A stretch of DNA of 64,000 bases, taken from NCBI GenBank assembly GCA_963422615.1, contig OY730414.1, positions 2,216,302 to 2,280,301 of the forward strand. The letters are read 5' to 3'. Source of the DNA: Longimicrobiales bacterium (GTDB lineage Bacteria; Gemmatimonadota; Gemmatimonadetes; Longimicrobiales; Gaopeijiaceae). Positions 17,766 to 27,888 of the stretch are shown here, piece after piece. The number at the start of each line of letters is the position of its first letter. Within the stretch, counting starts at the first letter, position 1. A model generated the notes under the pieces. That model searched no databases. It worked only from the letters and a program-made list of their open reading frames with translations, and had not been told where the DNA came from. Both the position numbers and the translations under genes were made by a program.

Positions 17766-19487
17766 CTAGAAGAACACCGGCTCCCGGTAGGCCCCGAAAA
17801 CATCCTCCATGGCGGCTCTGATCTCGTACAGGGTGCAGTAGGCCCGGCTGCACTCCAGAATGGGGGGCACCATGTTCACCCCTCCGGTGGCGGCATCCCT
17901 CAGGGCGGCCAACGATGCCCGGACCCGCGCCCCGTCCCGCTCCGCCCGAAGGCGCCCCAGACGTTGCCGCTGCCGCTCCTCTACCGACGGATCGATTCGC
18001 AGGGTATCGATCTCCACCGCGCTCGATCCACCCGTGAAGTCGTTCACACCCACGACCGTTCGCAACCCGGCTTCAATCTCGGCCTGCTGGCGAGCGGCAG
18101 ATCCTGCGATCTGGCGCTGGAACCATCCGTTCTCGATTCCGGGAACCACCCCGCCCTCCTCCTGGATCCGGATGAACACCTCCTCGGCCTCCCGCTCCAG
18201 ACGGTCCGTCAGGGCCTCCACATAGTAGGAACCGGCCAGGGGATCGATGGTATTGGCCACGCCGCTCTCGTGGGCCAGGATCTGCTGGGTTCTCAGCGCG
18301 ATGGTCACCGACTTTTCGGTGGGCAGGGCCAGGGTCTCGTCCATGGAGTTGGTGTGGAGCGACTGGGTGCCGCCCAGAACCGCAGCCAGGGCCTGGTACG
18401 CCACCCGGACGATGTTGTTTTCGGGCTGCTGGGCCGTCAGGGTGACCCCCGCGGTCTGGGCGTGGGTGCGCAACCGCCAGGAAAGGGGGTTCTCGGCGGC
18501 GAACTCGTCCCGCATGTGACGGGCCCAGATTCGGCGCGCAGCCCGGAACTTGGCCACCTCTTCGAAAAAGTCGTTGTGGACGTCGAAGAAGAAGGAAAGG
18601 CGGGGCGCAAAGGCGTCCACATCCAGCCCCCGTTCCACCCCGCGCCGGACGTACTCGAAACCGTTGGCCAGGGTGAAGGCCAGCTCCTGGCCAGCGGTGG
18701 CTCCGGCTTCTCGTATGTGGTAACCCGAGATGGAGACGGGGTTGTACCTAGGGGTGTTCCGGCCACACCAGTCGAACATGTCCAGGATCAGGCGAAGCGC
18801 CGGTTCGGGCGGGAAGACCCAGGCGTGCTGGGCCTGGTACTCCTTGAGGATGTCGTTCTGGACCGTTCCCAGGAGCTCTTCCGGGGGGACGCCCTGCTTC
18901 TCTGCTGCCGCCAGGTAGAAACAGAAGAGAATGATGGCGGGCCCATTGATGGTCATGGAAACGGAAACCCGGTCCAGGGGGATCTGGTGAAACAGGGTCT
19001 CCATGTCGGCCAGGGAAGACACCGCCACGCCACAGACCCCCACTTCGCCCAGGGAGCGGGGGTGGTCGCTGTCGTATCCCATGAGGGTCGGAAAATCGAA
19101 CGCCACCGACAGGCCGGTCTGGCCTCTGTCCAGAAGGTACCGGTACCGCCGGTTCGTGTCCTCCGCAGTGGCGAAGCCGGCGAACTGGCGCATCGTCCAG
19201 AGACGGGTCCGATACATGGTCGGGTAGGGCCCGCGGGTGAAAGGAAAGCTGCCGGGGACCCCGAGCTGCTCAAGGTAGCTCCCGGGGACGGGGTCGGGCG
19301 TATACAGGGCTTCGACCCGGGTCCCCGACACGGACGTAAAGGCCGGCAGGCGCTGGGGGGTTCCCTCGCACTCGGCTTCCCACGCCGCCAGCTCCGCCTG
19401 GATGCGCTCCGTTTCCCCTCCCTGGCGGCTTTCGCCCTCAGGAATCAGGACGTCTTGGTCATGGCGCTTGGACTTGATCGTGGACAT
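17766..19487 (-). CDS. Methylmalonyl-CoA mutase, substrate-binding large subunit (no B12-binding domain)
   Basis: FTRGPYPTMY, WTMRQFAGF, SISGYHIREAG, GGTQSLHTNS. Confidence 0.93.
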   Translation of the reverse strand: MSTIKSKRHDQDVLIPEGESRQGGETERIQAELAAWEAECEGTPQRLPAFTSVSGTRVEALYTPDPVPGSYLEQLGVPGSFPFTRGPYPTMYRTRLWTMRQFAGFATAEDTNRRYRYLLDRGQTGLSVAFDFPTLMGYDSDHPRSLGEVGVCGVAVSSLADMETLFHQIPLDRVSVSMTINGPAIILFCFYLAAAEKQGVPPEELLGTVQNDILKEYQAQHAWVFPPEPALRLILDMFDWCGRNTPRYNPVSISGYHIREAGATAGQELAFTLANGFEYVRRGVERGLDVDAFAPRLSFFFDVHNDFFEEVAKFRAARRIWARHMRDEFAAENPLSWRLRTHAQTAGVTLTAQQPENNIVRVAYQALAAVLGGTQSLHTNSMDETLALPTEKSVTIALRTQQILAHESGVANTIDPLAGSYYVEALTDRLEREAEEVFIRIQEEGGVVPGIENGWFQRQIAGSAARQQAEIEAGLRTVVGVNDFTGGSSAVEIDTLRIDPSVEERQRQRLGRLRAERDGARVRASLAALRDAATGGVNMVPPILECSRAYCTLYEIRAAMEDVFGAYREPVFF

Positions 19488-19502
19488 GTGACTAAGACCT
19501 CG

Positions 19503-20597
19503 CTATCCATCCTCTCTCTTGAGCTTCGGGACCCTCTTCAATATGGCGGGAATGATTTCGTCGGCTACGCCGTAGGCGGTGGCCCGGCCGGCGGCGATCT
19601 CCGAAATCCGCCCGGGAATGCGGGCGTCGGAGGCAAGAAAATCCGCCGCTCTCCAGCGGAGCCGCTCTTCGACCACGTCCCGAATTCGTTCCCGAGCCCG
19701 CCTTCTACGGCGTTCTTCCAGCCCGTCCGACCGGGCGAGCTGGCGGTTGTGGGCAATGAGGCCGTCAAGGAGCTCAGCAATTCCTTCGCCCTTTTCCGCC
19801 GAAGTTTTCAGGACAAGGAGGCTCCGACCCCCGGTCCCGGAGCTCGGCCCGCCAGGATACACCCCCCGTCCAGGGGTCGCGGCGTCCGGTGTCCGGCCCA
19901 GGTCCACCCCATGGTGTGCGGGAACCTTCGCCATGCCCCGTCCCGCCCTCAGGCGGATCGCTTGGCGGATGTCCCTGACCAGTCGGTCGGCCCCGGGCCG
20001 GTCCGACTTGTTCACCACGAAGAGGTCGGCGATTTCCATGAGGCCGGCCTTCATGGTCTGGATCCCGTCTCCCGACTCGGGAACCAGTACCACGGCCACC
20101 GAATCGACGGCGGAGGCAATCTCCAGCTCGGTCTGCCCCACCCCCACGGTCTCAACCAGTACGTTGGGGAAGCCGAAGGCGTCCAGAAGATCGATCACCT
20201 CCCGAGTTCTGGCGGCCAGGCCCCCCAGGGACCCCCGGGTGGCCATGGACCGGATGAAAACACCCCGGTCCGTGGCCAGGTCGTTCATGCGGATCCGATC
20301 TCCCAGGAGGGCCCCTCCGGAAAAGGGGGAGGTCGGGTCCACGGCGACAATGGCCACCGCCTCGCCTCGCTCCCGGAGGAGGGTCGCCAAGCCGGCAGCC
20401 AAGGTGGACTTCCCCGCCCCTGGCGGGCCCGTGATCCCGAACCGCCGGGCCTGGGGCCGGACGAGCAGGAGCTCGTGGAGGAGGGCGCCAGCCCCCGGCC
20501 GTCCTCCCTCAACCACGGAAATGGCCCGGGCGAGGGCAGGTCGCTTCCCCTTTCGGAAGGCGGCCGCCAGACGCGCGACGCTGTCGGGAAGGATCAC
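19503..20597 (-). CDS. meaB: Methylmalonyl-CoA mutase-associated GTPase MeaB
   Basis: GPPGAGKST, DPTSPFSGGALLGDRIRM, ETVGVGQ, KAGLMEIAD, NKSD. Confidence 0.95.
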   Translation of the reverse strand: MILPDSVARLAAAFRKGKRPALARAISVVEGGRPGAGALLHELLLVRPQARRFGITGPPGAGKSTLAAGLATLLRERGEAVAIVAVDPTSPFSGGALLGDRIRMNDLATDRGVFIRSMATRGSLGGLAARTREVIDLLDAFGFPNVLVETVGVGQTELEIASAVDSVAVVLVPESGDGIQTMKAGLMEIADLFVVNKSDRPGADRLVRDIRQAIRLRAGRGMAKVPAHHGVDLGRTPDAATPGRGVYPGGPSSGTGGRSLLVLKTSAEKGEGIAELLDGLIAHNRQLARSDGLEERRRRRARERIRDVVEERLRWRAADFLASDARIPGRISEIAAGRATAYGVADEIIPAILKRVPKLKREDG

Positions 20598-20604
20598 GAG
20601 CGGG

Positions 20605-21972
20605 TCAAGTCAGGAGAGTGGCGGCCAGGCTGAGAACCACGGTGAAGCCCACCAAGTCCGTCAGGGTGTGGACAAAGACGGAAGAAGCGACGGCGGGATC
20701 CACGCCGAAGTGGTGGAGAACGGTGGGAATCAGGGCCCCCGCAAGACCGGCGACCACGATATTGGTCCACATCGCGGCGAGGACCACAACGCCCAGCCAA
20801 GGATCCCCGTTGACGAGGTACGCAAAGCCCGAAAAGACGAAGCCGAGGACGAAGCCGTTGAGAAGGCCCACAAGGACCTCCTTTCCCACGACCCGGAAGT
20901 GGTCCGCGCGGACCCGGTCTCCCACCGCGAAGCGGCGAATCGTCACCGCCAGGGCCTGGGTGCCGGTATTCCCCCCCAGGGCGGCAATCACCGGCATGAG
21001 GAAGGCCAAGAAGGTGATTCCCCTGATCACGCTCTCGTACCGGAGGATCACCGAGGCGGCAACGGTGGCGGTCAGCAGGTTGAGGACGAGCCACGGAAGC
21101 CGGGACCGCACCGATTCCAGCCAGTGGGCATTGAGCTCCTCCTCGTCGGAGACGCCGGCCAACTTCAAAATGTCTTCCGTCGTCTCCGCCTCGATCACGT
21201 CGATCACGTCGTCGAAGGTGATCCGGCCCAGGAGGGTTCCCTCCCCATTGACAACGGCAATGCTCACCAGATTGTAGCGGCCCATGATCCGCCCGACCTC
21301 CTCCTGGTCGGTGCCGGGGAGGACCGTGGCGGCCGGCGGCTCCACAAGGCGCTCCACCACCTGGGCGGGGTCGGCCAGGATGAGATCGTCCAGGGGCACG
21401 GTTCCCCGGAAGCGACGGCGGTCGTCCACGACGAAGACGGTGTAGAAGTCTTCCACTTCCCGCCCCCGTTTCCTGATTTCCCGAATGGCGGTGGCCGCGG
21501 TGGCCGCGGCGGGAACCGAGACCAGGGCCGTCGTCATGAGCCCCCCTGCCGTGTCTTCGGGGTAACGGAGGAGCTCCCGAAGTTCTCCGGCTTCCGCCGT
21601 GGGGAGGGCGGCCAGGATCCGGTCCCGCTCCTCGGGTTGGAGCTCTCCCACCAGATCCGCCGCGTCGTCGTCGGCCAGTTCCTGCAGCAGCTCCGCTCCC
21701 CGCTCCGCGTCCAGAGCCGCCAGAAGATCCGCCCGGTCCTCGTCCACCTCCATCTCGGCAAGGGTCTCGGAAGCCAACTCGGTGGACAGGGCCTGCAAGA
21801 GCCGGAGTCGCTGACGCTCGGAGGAAAGGGAAGCGACCAGGTCCGCGATGTCCGACGGATGCATCTGTTTCGCGAGCTTCGGCAGCTCGCGAAAGTCCCC
21901 CTTTCCGGCTCGGGCCAGCAGCGCCACCAGGGTCGCCCGTCCGAGCGGAACGGGTCGTTTCTCGTGGCTCAC
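20605..21972 (-). CDS. mgtE: Magnesium transporter MgtE
   Basis: MHPSDIAD, YPEDTAGGLM, CBS pair, RLPWL, GGNTGTQA, DPAVASS; GTG overlaps the ybeY stop. Confidence 0.95.
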   Translation of the reverse strand: MSHEKRPVPLGRATLVALLARAGKGDFRELPKLAKQMHPSDIADLVASLSSERQRLRLLQALSTELASETLAEMEVDEDRADLLAALDAERGAELLQELADDDAADLVGELQPEERDRILAALPTAEAGELRELLRYPEDTAGGLMTTALVSVPAAATAATAIREIRKRGREVEDFYTVFVVDDRRRFRGTVPLDDLILADPAQVVERLVEPPAATVLPGTDQEEVGRIMGRYNLVSIAVVNGEGTLLGRITFDDVIDVIEAETTEDILKLAGVSDEEELNAHWLESVRSRLPWLVLNLLTATVAASVILRYESVIRGITFLAFLMPVIAALGGNTGTQALAVTIRRFAVGDRVRADHFRVVGKEVLVGLLNGFVLGFVFSGFAYLVNGDPWLGVVVLAAMWTNIVVAGLAGALIPTVLHHFGVDPAVASSVFVHTLTDLVGFTVVLSLAATLLT

Positions 21973-22601
21973 GAACCCCTCGGAACCTCCCAACCGAGGG
22001 CGCGACGGGCCCCTTTCTTCTCGGCTTTCGAAACGGCCCCGACGACCCGACCATCCCTTCTCTGGAAGTTTCCGTCAGCGGTAATGCAGTCGAAAGTCGT
22101 GGCCCTTTGCGCGATGTGCGCGACCGGAGGGCAACCGACGCGTTCCGTTTCTGCCGGGAGCGCGCCATCCGGCCGGTTCGCTTTCATCCAGTCCAAGAGG
22201 CGTTCCTGCAACCGGAACATTTCGCTCCCCTCCCTGTCCGCACCGGAGGGGTGGTCGTACCCCAGGACGTGAAGTGCCCCGTGAACCGCCAGTCGCGCCA
22301 TCTCTTCGGCCGGTTCGATGCCCGCTGCCTTCGCCTGGCGCAGGGCCTGGTCGTGGCCAACGTAGATGTCGCCCAAGGGGTCCGCGCCGTCTTCGTGGAG
22401 GGCGAAGGAGAGAACGTCGGTCGGTTGGGGACGTCCCAAGTAGCGGCCATGCAGGCGGGCCATTTTCGAATCCCCGACGAAGGTAACCGAGAGCTCGGCG
22501 CTGGAGATCCCTTCGCGACGGAGCGTTTCGTGGAGCAGCCGTCCGATGCGCTCCCCGGGAACCGACCCTCGGCCTGGGGCGTTGATGTGGATCGTGATCA
22601 T
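21969..22601 (-). CDS. ybeY: rRNA maturation RNase YbeY (with C-terminal extension)
   Basis: PTDVLSF, LGDIY, HGALHVLGYDH. Confidence 0.93.
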   Translation of the reverse strand: MITIHINAPGRGSVPGERIGRLLHETLRREGISSAELSVTFVGDSKMARLHGRYLGRPQPTDVLSFALHEDGADPLGDIYVGHDQALRQAKAAGIEPAEEMARLAVHGALHVLGYDHPSGADREGSEMFRLQERLLDWMKANRPDGALPAETERVGCPPVAHIAQRATTFDCITADGNFQRRDGRVVGAVSKAEKKGARRALGWEVPRGS

Positions 22602-24835
22602 CCCCCGCCGGCCCTCTCACCGGAGGAGAGCGCGGGAAGCCCCGGGGAAGCCGGCGACGCCGTTTCCCGGGCGGCGTCGGGCCTGGCCGTCAAGTGCCGG
22701 GTCTGGGGGTAGTCGATCCGCTGGTGGTGAATTCCTCCCAGAACTTTCGCAAACCGCTCTTTCAGAAGGGTCAGATCGTGGAACGTCAAAGGCGTTCTTT
22801 CCAGCTGACCGCTCTGGATCCGGTCGGAGAAGATCCCTTCGATCAGATCGGCCATCCGCGCCCTGGTGGGGTTCTTGACCGCCCGCCCCGCCGACTCCAC
22901 CGCGTCGGCCAGCATGACGATGGCCGTCTCCCGGCTTCGGGGCCGGGGACCCGGGTATCGAAAACGAGCCGGATCAGGGGGAGGGCGACCCTCGTCCTCC
23001 GCCCTCTCCCGAGCCTGACGAAGGAAGAAGCCGATCACCTGGTCGCCGTGGTGCTCCGAGATGAAGTCGGCAACCACCCGCGGGATCTTCTCTTTCCGGG
23101 CCAGCGCGACGCCCTTTACGACGTGGTCCCGAACGATGGCTGCGGATTCGAGAGGGTCCAGGTGGTCGTGGGGGTTGTCCCCTTGCTGGTTCTCGATGAA
23201 GTGGTCCGGCTTCTCCATCTTGCCCACGTCGTGATAGTACGACCCCGCCCGGCAGAGGAGGGCACTGGCTCCGATGGCATCGGCTCCCGCCTCGGCCAGG
23301 TTGGCCACCTGCATGGTGTGGGCGTAGGTGCCCGGGGCCTCCACGAAGAGTCGCCGCATCAGAGGCCGGTTGGGATCGGCCCAGCCGATGAGGGTCTGGT
23401 CGGTGGTGATTCCGGTGAGCCACTCGAACACCGGGAGGAAGCCGATGGCCAGAATCGCCCCGACGACGGTACTGCCCAGCGCCCCCAACAGGGAGGGCAG
23501 AAAGGCGAGCTCCGTCCCCCTGAGCTGCATCCCCAGGATGACCAGCGCGTACGCAAGGGCGATGATGGCGATGAACACCCATGTCTGGGCCAGCCGTCGG
23601 AAGACGTGAACGGCAAAGGCCGCCGCGGCCCCCCCGGCGAGAATCGTGACGAAGATATGAACCGAGAAAAAGGGCTCCTGCACCACGGTGAGAGAAGAAA
23701 GGACGAACACCGCAGGCAGGGCCATCCGCCTGCCCCACAAGATGGCCAGAGGAATGGCCACGAAGGTGACGGGAAGCGACGCCGGGGGCAGGGACTGCCC
23801 GTTGATCAGGAAGGCGGCAAGGAAGTAGACCGCAAAGATGCCGGCAATGGTCAGGACGGAGCGAAACGCGTGGTAGGTCTCCCGCCGAAAGAAGAAGATG
23901 AGCAACCCAAGGACGAACAGGAGCGCCGTGTTGAGGATCAGGCCACCCAGGAGGTTCAAGAAACCGGGGTCGCCCACGCTGTATCCCTGGGCCCGAAGCT
24001 CGGCCCCGTACGCATCCAGCGTTTGGATTTCGACCGGGCTCACCCGCTGGTTCGCCCTCACGATGGCCTCCCCCCGCAGGATTCGGGCAATCGTGGTGGG
24101 AACCGTGTCCCGGGCGGCCTGCCGGTCCCGCTCCGTTCGCACCGTGTCCAGGGCCAGGGTCGTGGCCAGGTAACGGGCAAGGATCACGCGGAGGAGATCG
24201 ACTTCGGTTCCCGCGTCCATGCCCGCCAGGGCCCGGTCGTAGTACTCCCTCCCCGAGAGCACCGAACTCCGGGCCACCAACGTCGCCCCCCCGGGGCGCT
24301 CGACCCGGATCGAGTCGGTGGTCAGGCCGGACGCGGCGCTGGGCGCCATGATCCCGGCGGGGGCGAATTCGGCGATCGCCGCAAGGGACCGGGAGCGGAG
24401 ACCTTCCCTCCGATCCTCGTCGGCCAGAAAATCAACCTGCTGGACGGTAACTTCGATCCCCGTTTCGGACAGCACCGCCAGCACCCCGGCGGTTCCGTCG
24501 ATCGCCGCCGAATCAATCCGCGCGAAGAATCCGGACAGGGCCTCCAGCACCGAGTCCCGGGCGCTCTCCCGGTAGACGAAGGTCGGGATCACCGACGCAG
24601 CCGCCGCGTCCCGTTCCCGCTCCAAAGCCGCCGCGTCCTTCGGAACCTCGAACTCCAACTCCGCCAGGATGTCCCGCTCGGCCACCGTGTCCGCCTGGTA
24701 ACTCCCGACGTCGACCCCCGGCTGGGCGGGAAAGAGCGCGACAGGCGCGCTCCCCAGCACCACGAGGAGGAGTACCCGGGCCCCGTGGTGAACGACGGCT
24801 TCGGGCCAGACCCGCTTGGGGATCCCCGAAAGCAC
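22598..24835 (-). CDS. 7TM-HD phosphohydrolase (PgpH-like, c-di-AMP phosphodiesterase family)
   Basis: Extracytoplasmic domain, multiple TM helices, APGTYAHT, YYHDVGK, HHG, YPGPRP, MLADAVE. Confidence 0.9.
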   Translation of the reverse strand: MLSGIPKRVWPEAVVHHGARVLLLVVLGSAPVALFPAQPGVDVGSYQADTVAERDILAELEFEVPKDAAALERERDAAAASVIPTFVYRESARDSVLEALSGFFARIDSAAIDGTAGVLAVLSETGIEVTVQQVDFLADEDRREGLRSRSLAAIAEFAPAGIMAPSAASGLTTDSIRVERPGGATLVARSSVLSGREYYDRALAGMDAGTEVDLLRVILARYLATTLALDTVRTERDRQAARDTVPTTIARILRGEAIVRANQRVSPVEIQTLDAYGAELRAQGYSVGDPGFLNLLGGLILNTALLFVLGLLIFFFRRETYHAFRSVLTIAGIFAVYFLAAFLINGQSLPPASLPVTFVAIPLAILWGRRMALPAVFVLSSLTVVQEPFFSVHIFVTILAGGAAAAFAVHVFRRLAQTWVFIAIIALAYALVILGMQLRGTELAFLPSLLGALGSTVVGAILAIGFLPVFEWLTGITTDQTLIGWADPNRPLMRRLFVEAPGTYAHTMQVANLAEAGADAIGASALLCRAGSYYHDVGKMEKPDHFIENQQGDNPHDHLDPLESAAIVRDHVVKGVALARKEKIPRVVADFISEHHGDQVIGFFLRQARERAEDEGRPPPDPARFRYPGPRPRSRETAIVMLADAVESAGRAVKNPTRARMADLIEGIFSDRIQSGQLERTPLTFHDLTLLKERFAKVLGGIHHQRIDYPQTRHLTARPDAARETASPASPGLPALSSGERAGGG

Positions 24836-24837
24836 GC

Positions 24838-25860
24838 CTACGCTTCCCCGTCCCTCTCTCCGGGGTCCCGGCGGTCCTCCACAGGATCACTCCAGCGCTC
24901 GTCCGCCACCTCGTAGGCCCGGATGATGTGCTTCACCAAGCGGTGGCGAATCACGTCTCCGGCACCCAGATAGACGAACTCGATCCCCGCGACCCCTGCC
25001 AGGACGTCCTCAACCTGAATGAGCCCCGAGATCTGGGCCGGGGGCAAGTCGATCTGGGTCTTGTCCCCGGTGATCACCACCCTGGAGTTCACCCCGATCC
25101 GGGTCAGAAACATCTTCATTTGGGCAGCGGTGGCGTTCTGGGCCTCGTCCAGAATCACGAAGGCGTCGGAAAGGGTCCTTCCCCGCATATACGCCAGCGG
25201 GGCGATCTCGATGGTACCCTCGGCGATCCCCCTTCGGACTCGGGCGGGAGGCATCATGTCCTCCAGAGCGTCGTAGAGAGGCCGCAGGTAGGGATCGACC
25301 TTCTCCTGAAGGTCTCCTGGAAGGAAGCCCAGATTCTCCCCGGCCTCCACCGCGGGACGGGCCAGGATGATTCGCTGAACCCGCTTTCGAAACAGATTTT
25401 CCACGGCCCGCGCCACGGCAAGGTAGGTCTTGCCGGTTCCGGCGGGACCGATCCCGATGACGACATCCGACTCCTCCATCGCCTGGAGGTAGGTCCGCTG
25501 GCCTTCGGAACGGGGCGAGATAACTCGTCGGGAGCCGGGCAGGGCAATGCCCAGGCGGTCGTCGCTTCCAGACACATCCGGGGCTCCGGGGGACGCCAAA
25601 CTGGTGGCGAACCGGGTCACATCCGGGGCCTGGAAGGGTCTCCCCAGCCGAGCCAGTTCGACCATGTGCTCGGTGACCCGCGCGGCGTTTTCGACGGACG
25701 CCGGCTTGCCTGCCAGCCGTACGCGATCGCCCCGAAGGACCACCCGGACCCGAAAAAGGGACGCCAGTTCCCGAAGGTTGGCGTCCCCCACCCCGGCAAG
25801 AAGGAGGGAGTCGGCACCTTCGGCGTTAACGTCGTGGCGAACAACGGTACCGCCGCTCAC
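24838..25860 (-). CDS. phoH: PhoH family ATPase
   Basis: GPAGTGKTYLA, RPAVEAGENLGFLPG, APLAYMRGRT, DEAQN. Confidence 0.95.
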   Translation of the reverse strand: MSGGTVVRHDVNAEGADSLLLAGVGDANLRELASLFRVRVVLRGDRVRLAGKPASVENAARVTEHMVELARLGRPFQAPDVTRFATSLASPGAPDVSGSDDRLGIALPGSRRVISPRSEGQRTYLQAMEESDVVIGIGPAGTGKTYLAVARAVENLFRKRVQRIILARPAVEAGENLGFLPGDLQEKVDPYLRPLYDALEDMMPPARVRRGIAEGTIEIAPLAYMRGRTLSDAFVILDEAQNATAAQMKMFLTRIGVNSRVVITGDKTQIDLPPAQISGLIQVEDVLAGVAGIEFVYLGAGDVIRHRLVKHIIRAYEVADERWSDPVEDRRDPGERDGEA

Positions 25861-27671
25861 GAGTCGCCTTTCCCGTCCCCGACCCGCACGGACGCAGCCG
25901 ACAACGACATTCCCACCGCCGACAGCTCTGCTTCCGGCACGCTCGCCGGGGCGCCCTCAAAGAGGGCCCTAGCCGCCGTGGTCTTCGGGAAGGCGATCAC
26001 GTCCCGCAGGCTGCGTCCGCCCGCAAATCGGGCAACGATCCGGTCCGCCCCGAAGGCGATCCCCCCGTGGGGAGGGGCACCCGACCGGAGGGCCTCCAGC
26101 AGGAAACCGAACTTGGCGGTGATCTCCCCGGGTTCCAGCCCCAGCATCTTCAGAATGCGAACCTGGAGGTCGGCGTCGTGAATCCTGATGCTCCCCGATC
26201 CCAGCTCGGTTCCGTTGTACACCAGATCGTAGGCCAGTCCCCGGACCGCCAGGGGATCGGAGTCCAAGAGGTACACGTCGTCGGGATGGGGTTGAACGAA
26301 GGGGTGATGGTTCGCCGCCAGCTTGCCGTCTTCTCCGGATTCGAAGACCGGGAAGTCGGTCACCCAAAGCCAGGAATGGGCCCCCGGCCGGGGAAGGTCC
26401 ATGGCCTGGGCAGAAGCTCCCCGGGCGGCGGAGAGGGCCGGCGAGGTATCGGCGTCGGGACCCGCCGCGGCAAGAAAAAGGTCCCCGGGAGCCAGACCGA
26501 GACGATCCCCGGTGCCCTCCCGAAAGAAGCGGCCCAGGGGACCCGAAGCCCCGCCCTCCCGGATCTTGGCCCACAGAAGCCCTGGCGCACCCACTGCCTT
26601 CGCCGCACCCTCGATGGCGCCGATCTCCTTCCGGGAAAGCCGGGCGCCTCCAGGCACGCGGATGCCCCGGACCCGGCCACCTGCGGCGACGGCCCCCCGA
26701 AGGATCCTGGATTCCAGGGCTGCCAGGATGGCGGTCACGTCCCCGATCTCCAAATCGTAGCGGAGATCGGGGGAGTCACTGCCGTAGCGCTCCATCGCCT
26801 GGGCCCAGGTCAGGCGGGGGAAAGGTGCGCTGGCCGCAACCCCGGCCACGGAAGCCAAGGCGCACATGAGTCCCTCGCACCATTCGTAAATGTCCTGGGG
26901 TTCGACGAAGGACGCCTCCACGTCGATTTGGGTGAACTCGGGCTGCCGGTCCGCGCGAAGGTCTTCGTCCCGAAAACACCGGGCGATCTGCACATAGCGG
27001 TCCAGTCCGGCGGCCATGAGGAGTTGCTTGTAGATCTGCGGGCTCTGGGGAAGGGCGAAGAACTCCCCCGGGCGGACCCGGCTGGGTACCAGAAAGTCCC
27101 GGGCCCCTTCAGGCGTGGGCCGAGTCAGGACCGGGGTTTCGACCTCAATGAAGCCCAGGGCGTCGAAGTAGTTCCGGGCAGCCAGAAGGAGGCGGTGGCG
27201 GAGCGCCAGCCGGCTCTGGAGGCCGGGTCGGCGCAGGTCCAGGACCCGGTGCCGTAGGCGCAGCTCCTCCGAGGGCAGCGCTTCCCCGGGAGGCCGGTAC
27301 ACGGGAATGGCGGGGGGGTGGGCCCGGTTGAGAAGCTGGAGCTCGGTGGCCCGAACTTCCACATCCCCCGTCCCCATGTCCGGATTCCGGGCCTCCTGGG
27401 GCCTTGGGGTCACGACCCCCCGGATGCCGACCACGTCTTCCGCGCCCAGGTCCCGGGCGACGCGAATCGCTTCTTCGGATGACCATCCCGAACCGACCGA
27501 AACCTGAAGGATCCCCGAGCGGTCGCGCACATCAAGGAAGGCCAGCCCGCCCAGGTCCCTCCGGCGGTGGACCCATCCGGCGATCCTGACCTCTTGGCCC
27601 GCCTTCTCCAGGGTGACCCGACCGGCGCCGACAGAGCGCATGGCCGTGGCGCTTGTCTTGACGCTGGACAT
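25857..27671 (-). CDS. aspS: Aspartate--tRNA ligase
   Basis: GWVHRRRDLGG, TPEGARDFLVPSR, LPQSPQ, FRDEDLRADRQPEF, GAPPHGGIAFG. Confidence 0.97.
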   Translation of the reverse strand: MSSVKTSATAMRSVGAGRVTLEKAGQEVRIAGWVHRRRDLGGLAFLDVRDRSGILQVSVGSGWSSEEAIRVARDLGAEDVVGIRGVVTPRPQEARNPDMGTGDVEVRATELQLLNRAHPPAIPVYRPPGEALPSEELRLRHRVLDLRRPGLQSRLALRHRLLLAARNYFDALGFIEVETPVLTRPTPEGARDFLVPSRVRPGEFFALPQSPQIYKQLLMAAGLDRYVQIARCFRDEDLRADRQPEFTQIDVEASFVEPQDIYEWCEGLMCALASVAGVAASAPFPRLTWAQAMERYGSDSPDLRYDLEIGDVTAILAALESRILRGAVAAGGRVRGIRVPGGARLSRKEIGAIEGAAKAVGAPGLLWAKIREGGASGPLGRFFREGTGDRLGLAPGDLFLAAAGPDADTSPALSAARGASAQAMDLPRPGAHSWLWVTDFPVFESGEDGKLAANHHPFVQPHPDDVYLLDSDPLAVRGLAYDLVYNGTELGSGSIRIHDADLQVRILKMLGLEPGEITAKFGFLLEALRSGAPPHGGIAFGADRIVARFAGGRSLRDVIAFPKTTAARALFEGAPASVPEAELSAVGMSLSAASVRVGDGKGDS

Positions 27672-27888
27672 CAGCCGTATCTTCGACGCCGGCCGTCTCC
27701 GGACGGGCCGACGGGATCCCCGGTTGATGGCAGACAGGGATCACGGAAAATCTTCATGCAGTATATTTAATCGAAGCCCAAGGGGGCTTTCAAGAACACC
27801 CCGCCATCGGGTTGAATCCCTTGACCCCATGAGCCCCTGCACCTGGGCACATGGGGCAGGTTGACGCGGCCCTCTCCAACACGCAGGC

